Assembly: GCA_964547105.1 (NCBI GenBank) | Contig: CAZJLO010000001.1 | Span: 73,134-137,133 of the forward strand | Reading direction: 5' to 3' | From: an uncultured Thermotogae bacterium | GTDB lineage: Bacteria; Bipolaricaulota; Bipolaricaulia; UBA7950; UBA9294 | DNA length: 64,000 nt | In this document: positions 57,818 to 64,000 of the stretch, one piece after another | How positions within the stretch are numbered: position 1 is the stretch's first letter | Layout of the letters: each line of letters begins with the position of its first letter | The notes under the pieces: generated by a model | The model's database searches: none | The model's input: the letters and a program-made list of their open reading frames with translations, nothing else | What the model was told of the DNA's origin: nothing | Translations under genes and position numbers: made by a program

Positions 57818-59239
57818 ATGACCGCACGTGCCTCGCGACTCTCACATGAAATCCTGCACGGCCCGATTCTGGCTTCGTTGCTTCGCCTTGCGTGGCCTGT
57901 GATGTTGTCCAATCTGTTTCAGACGCTCTACAACTTCGTGGATCGTTTCTGGCTTGCCCGGTCGAGCACGGTGGCCATTGCCGGCCTTCAGCTTGCCTGG
58001 CCGCTCATCTTCCTTGTCATTTCGTTGGGGGCAGGGTTGACCGTCGCTGGAACGGCCCTTGTCGCACAGTACACCGGCGCCCAACGCCGCGACCAAGCGA
58101 ATCTTGCTGCAGGACAAGTTCTGAGCTTCACGTTGGGCCTGTCGGTTGTCCTTGCCATAATCGGGAGCTTCATCGCAAGGCCGATTCTCGGTCTAATGGG
58201 CGCGGAGCCCGAGTTGATGGCTGCATCGTCGTCCTACTTGCGGATCATCTACGCTGGCATCCCGCTCACCTTTGGAACATTCATCGTTACGTCGCTTCTG
58301 AATGGAGCCGGCGACACGCTGACGCCGATGATCCTGATGAGCATTTCGGTCGTCACGAACATCATTCTCGATCCGCTGTTCATCTTTGGGTGGGGACCCT
58401 TCCCGGCGTGGGGGATCTCCGGCGCTGCCGTCGCCACGCTGATCGCACGGGGATTGATCACCGTGATCGGATTCGGCCTCCTGTTCTCCGGGAGAGCCGG
58501 GCTGCACATCCGCCGCCAGCATCTTCGCCCTTGTTGGAGCATGATCCGGCACATTCTGTCCATCGGCGGCTTGGCGTCGATCGGTCAGACGGGGACGGCT
58601 TTGGGGTTCAGCATCATGAACGGAGCACTCGCGCGGATCGGAACCTCGGTGTTGGGCGCGTTCGGAATCGGCAATTCCTTCATCTCCCTCGTGCTGATGC
58701 CGTCAATGGGATTGGGGCAAGCAACCGCCACGATGGTCGGACAGAACCTTGGTGCGACGCAGCCCAAGCGGGCACGTCGAAGCGCATGGACCGGCATGGT
58801 CCTGTCGTCGATCATCCTGTCTGTCGCCGCAGTGTTTGTGATCGTCTTCCGCAGCCATCTCATCCGTTTCTTCACCGCCGACCCCGATGTCATCCGCCTT
58901 GGAACGAACATGCTGCTGTTGGTCGGATTCGCCTTCCCGTTCATGGGAATCATCGAAGTCGTCCGCGGAACCTACCAGGGGTCCGGCCACACGGCGTACT
59001 CGATGGGATTCGATCTATTCCGCCTCTGGGTACTTAGGGTTCCATTGGTGTACATCCTTGCCTTCACGCTCGGGATGGCTGCCAACGGCATATGGTGGGC
59101 GATGCTTGCATCGAATTTCGGAACGGCTCTCGTCTCCTTGTTGTTCTTCATGACCGGGAATTGGGAGAAACGCGTTGTTCGGCCGTCCGGAGGCCGTTTG
59201 GAGGCCGACATGGAAGCAACGGCCGAGCAAGAGACATGA
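57818..59239 (+). CDS. MATE-family efflux transporter
   Basis: 12-TM protein with MATE repeats (LAWPVMLSNLFQTLYNFVDRFWLAR...; second half GLASIGQTGTALGF...). Confidence 0.85.
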   Translation: MTARASRLSHEILHGPILASLLRLAWPVMLSNLFQTLYNFVDRFWLARSSTVAIAGLQLAWPLIFLVISLGAGLTVAGTALVAQYTGAQRRDQANLAAGQVLSFTLGLSVVLAIIGSFIARPILGLMGAEPELMAASSSYLRIIYAGIPLTFGTFIVTSLLNGAGDTLTPMILMSISVVTNIILDPLFIFGWGPFPAWGISGAAVATLIARGLITVIGFGLLFSGRAGLHIRRQHLRPCWSMIRHILSIGGLASIGQTGTALGFSIMNGALARIGTSVLGAFGIGNSFISLVLMPSMGLGQATATMVGQNLGATQPKRARRSAWTGMVLSSIILSVAAVFVIVFRSHLIRFFTADPDVIRLGTNMLLLVGFAFPFMGIIEVVRGTYQGSGHTAYSMGFDLFRLWVLRVPLVYILAFTLGMAANGIWWAMLASNFGTALVSLLFFMTGNWEKRVVRPSGGRLEADMEATAEQET

Positions 59240-59314
59240 TATCTCGACCGCCTTGCAATCGACCCAGACTGCACCTACCCTTTCGCCGACTTCATGAATC
59301 GAAAGGGGGAGAGG

Positions 59315-60610
59315 ATGCCGACAATCACCATCAACCATGCGCGGGAACACATCGGCGAACAGGTCAAGATCCAGGGGTGGCTGTACAACAAGCGATCAAG
59401 CGGCAAGATCCTCTTCCTCCAAGTTCGCGATGGAACCGGCGTGATCCAGGCGGTTGTATCCGCAGTGGACACTCCGGCGCTGTTTGACCAGGCGGAGGGG
59501 TTGACTCGGGAGACCTCGCTCGTCATCCGCGGGACCGTACGAGCAGATGACCGCGCTCCTACGGGGTGTGAACTGCAACCGACGACGATTGACGTGATTC
59601 ACTCGCCTGATGTCCCATTCCCAATCGAGCTGAAGGAGCACACGCCCGGATTCCTCATGGATCAACGTCACCTTTGGATCCGAACCGGACGACAGGTTCC
59701 GATCCTTCGGATTCGCGACGCGGTGTTCCGTGCGTTTCGACAGTTCTTCTTCGAACGCGGGTTCGTCGCCACGGAAGCTCCGATTCTGACCGGAACCTCG
59801 GTAGAAGGGACGACAACGCTGTTCGAACTTGACTACTTCGGTGACAAGGCCTACCTGTCGCAGAGCGGCCAACTCTACCTTGAGGCCACCGCCATGGCGC
59901 TGGGAAACGTCTATTGGATCGGCCCTGCATTCCGAGCCGAGAAGTCGAAAACGCGAAAGCATATCACCGAGTTCTGGATCGCCGAGGCGGAGATGGCATT
60001 TTGCGACCATGAGGCCAACTTGGAGATTCAGGAGCAGCTCGTCTCGTACATCGTGGACTTCGTCACCGCTGAAAAAGGACAGGAGCTTCGACAGCTGGAT
60101 CGCGATCCCGCTCTGCTTCGCGCCCAGGGCAAGCTGCCATTCCCGCGAATCGATTACGCGGAAGCGGTGAAGCGGCTCGGCGAAGCCGGCCACGACATCG
60201 TGTTCGGAGACGATTTCGGTGCCCCACATGAAGCGACGCTTGCCGGCATGTTCGGAACGCCGGTGTTTGTGGAGCGGTTCCCCGCCGCGATGAAGCCATT
60301 CTACATGAAGCGCGACCCCAACGACGAAACACGCGTGCTCGGAGCGGATCTTATCGCTCCCGAGGGCTATGGAGAGATCATTGGGGGCAGCCAGCGCGAG
60401 GACTGCTATGACACCTTGGTCGCTCATATGGAAGAACAGAAGCTTCCGCTGGATGCCTATCAGTGGTACCTCGACCTCCGCCGGTTCGGCTCCGTTCCCC
60501 ACGCCGGATTCGGTATGGGAATGGAGCGGGTTGTGACGTGGCTATGTGGCGCGGCTCACATCCGGGAAGCGATCCCGTTCGCAAGGCAAATTCATCGGCT
60601 TTACCCGTAG
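59315..60610 (+). CDS. asnS: Asparagine--tRNA ligase
   Basis: Class II aaRS motifs (FRAEKSKTRKHITEFWIAEAEMAF, GGSQRE, GFGMGMERVV) with an OB-fold N-terminus, in 432 aa. ATG preceded by GGGGGAGAGG. Confidence 0.9.
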   Translation: MPTITINHAREHIGEQVKIQGWLYNKRSSGKILFLQVRDGTGVIQAVVSAVDTPALFDQAEGLTRETSLVIRGTVRADDRAPTGCELQPTTIDVIHSPDVPFPIELKEHTPGFLMDQRHLWIRTGRQVPILRIRDAVFRAFRQFFFERGFVATEAPILTGTSVEGTTTLFELDYFGDKAYLSQSGQLYLEATAMALGNVYWIGPAFRAEKSKTRKHITEFWIAEAEMAFCDHEANLEIQEQLVSYIVDFVTAEKGQELRQLDRDPALLRAQGKLPFPRIDYAEAVKRLGEAGHDIVFGDDFGAPHEATLAGMFGTPVFVERFPAAMKPFYMKRDPNDETRVLGADLIAPEGYGEIIGGSQREDCYDTLVAHMEEQKLPLDAYQWYLDLRRFGSVPHAGFGMGMERVVTWLCGAAHIREAIPFARQIHRLYP

Positions 60611-60936
60611 AGCTTCACCCCGAGCAGGACTGCCAGGCGGGCGGAAGCTCGGCTCTTGAAACCGGCTCCGAGGGTGGAGCCAGGCGAAGAGTCGTGAGTT
60701 CAAACACGTTTCCCTGAAGGAGAATCTCGCGAGGTACCGGCCAAACGCGCGCAGGGGAGTCCACAGGACCAAGGTCAAGATCCCGAGCGGCTGATTCCAT
60801 TCCTCTGCCCGCTCATTCGATCCGCGACGACCGGTCCAGCCTGCTTGCCGATTTGGTATTGGTGAACGCACTCCGTCTGCCGGGCGCACCAGTCTGGTGC
60901 TGATCTTCACGAGAAATCCGCTCCTTGATCCTCTCT

Positions 60937-63045
60937 TCACCCACCATCCGAGAAGCGGTCTTCAACGCGAATGAGAATGTCGACAGCGGCCGCACGATCG
61001 GCTGAAGCGATCATCGGGTTCACGTCGATCTCCGCGATCGTGGGGATCTCCAACGACAGCATCCCAATGCGAACGAGTGTCTCCGCCAGTCGATCCAGAT
61101 CGACGGCGGCCTGGCCGCGAAACGCCTTAAGAAGAGGGAATGCCCTGATCGATCGGATCATCCGCATCGCTTGCTCAAACGCAATCGGAGCAATGCCGAA
61201 CGCAACGTCTTTGAGAACCTCGACCAGCGTCCCTCCGATGCCGAACATCAGCACCGGACCGAAGACCGGATCCCGCTCCATTCCAAGGATCAATTCCCGC
61301 CCGGCGAGCATCTCCTGGATGAGGATCCGCGCTTGCGAGAACTGTTCGCGTTCTGCAAGTGACGATAGCGCATCGAATCCGGCGGCCAAGGATCGATCGT
61401 CGTTGATTCCGGGAACGACGGCTCCATGCTCGAACCGGTGAAATAGCTCCGGAGCGTCCAATTTGAGCACCACAGGGTAGTGCGCCTGCGACACAAACGA
61501 CTCTGCCTGTTCGAGATCGGCGACATAGGCGTGTCGGCAGACATCGATCCCGTACTCGTTGAGAATTGCTGCTCCCTCTTCAAAGGTGAGTCCGCGCCGT
61601 TGCTCGTCCACCGCCCGTCTGGCAATCTCGACGACCCTGTGATGCTTCCGTATCACCGGGGGTGTATGAGGGTTCGGCACTCTGCGCGCGGCCTCAACCA
61701 ACAATCGGGCAGCATCGACTGCCGATTCGGGCGTGATGAATGAGGCAATCCCGCGCGGTCTCAGGTGCGACGAGAACGAGGTCGCTTCGTCACTCCAGCT
61801 CATCGGGCAGGCAACGATCGGAACCTCGGGCGTGGCCGCCGAAGCGGCAAGAATCGCATCGGCGACATCCCGCGGAGATTCGCTGAGTACAATCGGCGGC
61901 CGGAAGATGACGATTGCCAGATCGGCGTGCGGGAGGACCGTCCGAAGTGTTCGTTCGTAGTCATCCGCACCCGCGGTGGCAATCATGTCGACGGGATTTC
62001 CAACCCCGGCCGCCGCAGGCAAGAATCCGCGCAATTCGGCCTGCGTGTCCGGGCCAAGTTCAATCACTTCGAGTCCCGCCCTCTCGCATGCGTCCGCAGC
62101 AAGAATCCCTGCGCCACCTGCATTGGTGAGGATGACGGCTCGGCTCCCTCGGGGTGACGGTTGTGTCCCCAACACGCGAAGCGCCGTTAGCGCTTCGTCC
62201 ACCGTCGAAACCCGCACGGCCCCCGATTGGCGAAGCAGCGCGTCAACAACCACATCCGAGCTGGCAAGCGATCCCGTGTGCGATGCCACGGCCGCCGCGC
62301 CGGCTTCGGTTCGTCCCGCCTTGAGAACCACAATGGGTTTGGATTGGCTGATCGCCTCCACCAACGTCCGAAATGCCGTTGGGTTCGCGAAGCTCTCAAG
62401 GTAGAGGAAGATCACACGGACTTCCTCTCTTGAGGATAGATACTCAAGGAAGTCGTTCTCCGACAGCCCGGCACGATTCCCGAGATTCACGAACATGGAT
62501 ACACCAAGTCCGACTTGCTCGAACAGCTCAAGAAGCGTTTCCCCAAGCGATCCGCTCTGCGAAACAAACGCCACGCCGCCGGGGGTCGGGAACCAGCGCG
62601 AGAACGAAGCATTCATCGAGCTCTCGGGAGCACTGTTGATGAGCCCCATGCAATTCGGGCCGACAATGTTGAGTCCGTGACGTTCCGCCAGCTCCTCCAA
62701 CGCCCGTTCTTGGGCGGCTCCTTCAGCTCCGGCCTCTTTGAACCCTGCGGTGATGATCACAAGATTGCGGATCCCTCGAATTCCGCACTGCTCAACAACG
62801 CGGTGAACGAAACCCCGAGGAACCGCGACCACGGCCATGTCGGTCTCCGGAAGCTCATCCACATCCCGATAGCAGTGCAAACCTTCCACTTCACGGTGCT
62901 TCGGATTCACCGGGTAGATCGTTCCTTGATAGCCATGTCGAATGAGATTGCGGAGGATTTCGCCTCCGACGGAGCCCGCTCGCCCGCTCGCGCCGATCAC
63001 GGCAACTGACGACGGTGCGAGCAATCGTCCAAGATCTCTAGCCAC
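60937..63045 (-). CDS. ADP-forming acetyl-CoA synthetase / acyl-CoA synthetase (NDP-forming), fused alpha-beta
   Basis: CoA-binding N-terminus VAVIGASGRAGSVGGEILRNL, the succinyl-CoA-synthetase-like ligase domain and an ATP-grasp C-terminus, in 702 aa. Confidence 0.85.
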   Translation of the reverse strand: MARDLGRLLAPSSVAVIGASGRAGSVGGEILRNLIRHGYQGTIYPVNPKHREVEGLHCYRDVDELPETDMAVVAVPRGFVHRVVEQCGIRGIRNLVIITAGFKEAGAEGAAQERALEELAERHGLNIVGPNCMGLINSAPESSMNASFSRWFPTPGGVAFVSQSGSLGETLLELFEQVGLGVSMFVNLGNRAGLSENDFLEYLSSREEVRVIFLYLESFANPTAFRTLVEAISQSKPIVVLKAGRTEAGAAAVASHTGSLASSDVVVDALLRQSGAVRVSTVDEALTALRVLGTQPSPRGSRAVILTNAGGAGILAADACERAGLEVIELGPDTQAELRGFLPAAAGVGNPVDMIATAGADDYERTLRTVLPHADLAIVIFRPPIVLSESPRDVADAILAASAATPEVPIVACPMSWSDEATSFSSHLRPRGIASFITPESAVDAARLLVEAARRVPNPHTPPVIRKHHRVVEIARRAVDEQRRGLTFEEGAAILNEYGIDVCRHAYVADLEQAESFVSQAHYPVVLKLDAPELFHRFEHGAVVPGINDDRSLAAGFDALSSLAEREQFSQARILIQEMLAGRELILGMERDPVFGPVLMFGIGGTLVEVLKDVAFGIAPIAFEQAMRMIRSIRAFPLLKAFRGQAAVDLDRLAETLVRIGMLSLEIPTIAEIDVNPMIASADRAAAVDILIRVEDRFSDGG

Positions 63046-63592
63046 GTCGCGTCATCCCCCAAGCGATCACGGCTGCAAGACCCAGTGCAATGACAACGTC
63101 GCCGACACTGAATGCAGTCGATCCGGGGAGCCACGCCGGGAGGTACAGCCGATCCCCGAGAAGATTGAGGCGTGTCGCGCCATCGGCCATTCGGATCACG
63201 TTGCCGACGACGCCTTCCTCAACCAGGAGATCGGCGATGGCACCATCGCCGGCCAGACGAAGTGCTTCAGGCAGTGATGGCATGTACCCACCATTCATCC
63301 CTATGACCAACACGTTGAGCGCTGCACCCGTACCGGCAATTAGCAGCGGATAGCAGCGCGTGTTCAAGAGAATGAATAGAAACAGCAACCCGTACGAAAC
63401 GAAATGCAGCGGCTCTGTTGCATACGGAAGCAGTGCTTTGGAAGAGAACAACGGAAAGATGAGAAGCTGGATCACAAGCGCCCCAACAACCAATCCAAGA
63501 AATCGAAGCCGAATCAGCCGTAAATTGGAGAGGCATCCCCGTAATGCATACCCCAGCAGAAGCCCCACGAGTACCCCGATGAGTATCAGCAT
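63038..63592 (-). CDS. Hypothetical polytopic membrane protein (DUF5317-like), between the HD-GYP and ACD genes
   Basis: 184 aa, mostly hydrophobic. Its stop overlaps the ACD start by 8 nt. Confidence 0.5.
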   Translation of the reverse strand: MLILIGVLVGLLLGYALRGCLSNLRLIRLRFLGLVVGALVIQLLIFPLFSSKALLPYATEPLHFVSYGLLFLFILLNTRCYPLLIAGTGAALNVLVIGMNGGYMPSLPEALRLAGDGAIADLLVEEGVVGNVIRMADGATRLNLLGDRLYLPAWLPGSTAFSVGDVVIALGLAAVIAWGMTRRG

Positions 63593-63603
63593 GGCAGGAC
63601 AGT

Positions 63604-64000
63604 CTACATGGCGCAGGATGCGTTCTCAACGGCAGGAGCGGTTTCTTCATCCTCCAGCTCAAGATACGAAACCAAGGCATCCACCACTGTCGGATCAAGG
63701 TCCTTCCCCTTCATCTCAAGGAGGATGTCCTTCGCTCTCTTCGAAGAGAACGCTTTCCGATACGGGCGGTCCGTGACCAGCGCATCATAGACATCAGCGA
63801 CACAGATGATTCTCGAGATCAGGGGGATCGCCTCACCGGACAATCCGCTCGGATAGCCCGTGCCGTCCCAGTGTTCATGTTCGTGCCGAACGGCGTCGGC
63901 CACCGGCGCGTAGATCTCCAAGCCTTCGATCAATTCAGCGCTAATGACTGGGTGCCGCTTCATCTCAACCCATTCTTCGGGTGTCAGCGGCCCAACCTTG
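63604..64000 (-). CDS. HD-GYP domain protein, C-terminal part (the gene continues beyond the window end)
   Basis: HHEHWDGTGYPSGL and DVYDALVTDRPYRKAF motifs. The frame is open to position 64000. Confidence 0.75.
   Translation of the reverse strand, partial: KVGPLTPEEWVEMKRHPVISAELIEGLEIYAPVADAVRHEHEHWDGTGYPSGLSGEAIPLISRIICVADVYDALVTDRPYRKAFSSKRAKDILLEMKGKDLDPTVVDALVSYLELEDEETAPAVENASCAM

Noticed and set aside
59396-60502. 368-aa minus-strand ORF
   Set aside because: Antisense to asnS.

Overview
This is a high-GC (about 62-64 percent) bacterial chromosomal segment with dense, mostly housekeeping coding on both strands, and no CRISPR array, rRNA or obvious mobile element. Heat-shock and envelope content: the 3' part of secA; an hrcA-grpE-dnaK-dnaJ operon with a CIRCE operator over its promoter; rdgB, secG, pyrG; an LptC/LptA-like gene plus lptB; lgt and lnt; a solitary mraY; a tRNA-Leu(CAG). 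Other recognisable genes: a Crp/Fnr regulator, two two-component systems, pdp/cdd nucleoside salvage, an acyl-CoA synthetase, yigZ-ruvA-ruvX, prfB with no programmed frameshift site, rsmI, asnS, an ADP-forming acetyl-CoA synthetase, and the end of an HD-GYP protein. Transporters: a COG2984-family ABC system, a BMP-family nucleoside ABC system, a phosphonate-type ABC system with two unusually long PhnE permeases, an ECF-type transporter and a MATE exporter. Two loci stand out. (1) A gene cluster at 51.6-57.8 kb has an ECF transporter whose S component is fused to a sulfite-oxidase-fold (molybdopterin-enzyme-like) extracytoplasmic domain. Two more exported proteins in the cluster carry 1 and 3 copies of that domain. 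The cluster begins with an XRE-HTH regulator carrying two molybdate-binding (Mop/TOBE) domains. This is a candidate, undescribed molybdenum/molybdopterin-related uptake system. (2) A 360-nt leader upstream of the COG2984 ABC operon carries a consensus promoter, a 34-codon ORF with the aromatic run FYFWYWF (tandem Trp codons), alternative pairings and an intrinsic terminator. This looks like a Trp-type leader-peptide attenuator. Other oddities are a frameshifted GNAT gene that reads into pdp, an unknown 443-aa protein translationally coupled to mraY, and an ECF sigma with a CBM48-domain anti-sigma partner. All calls come from reading the ORF translations and the DNA; no database searches were run.
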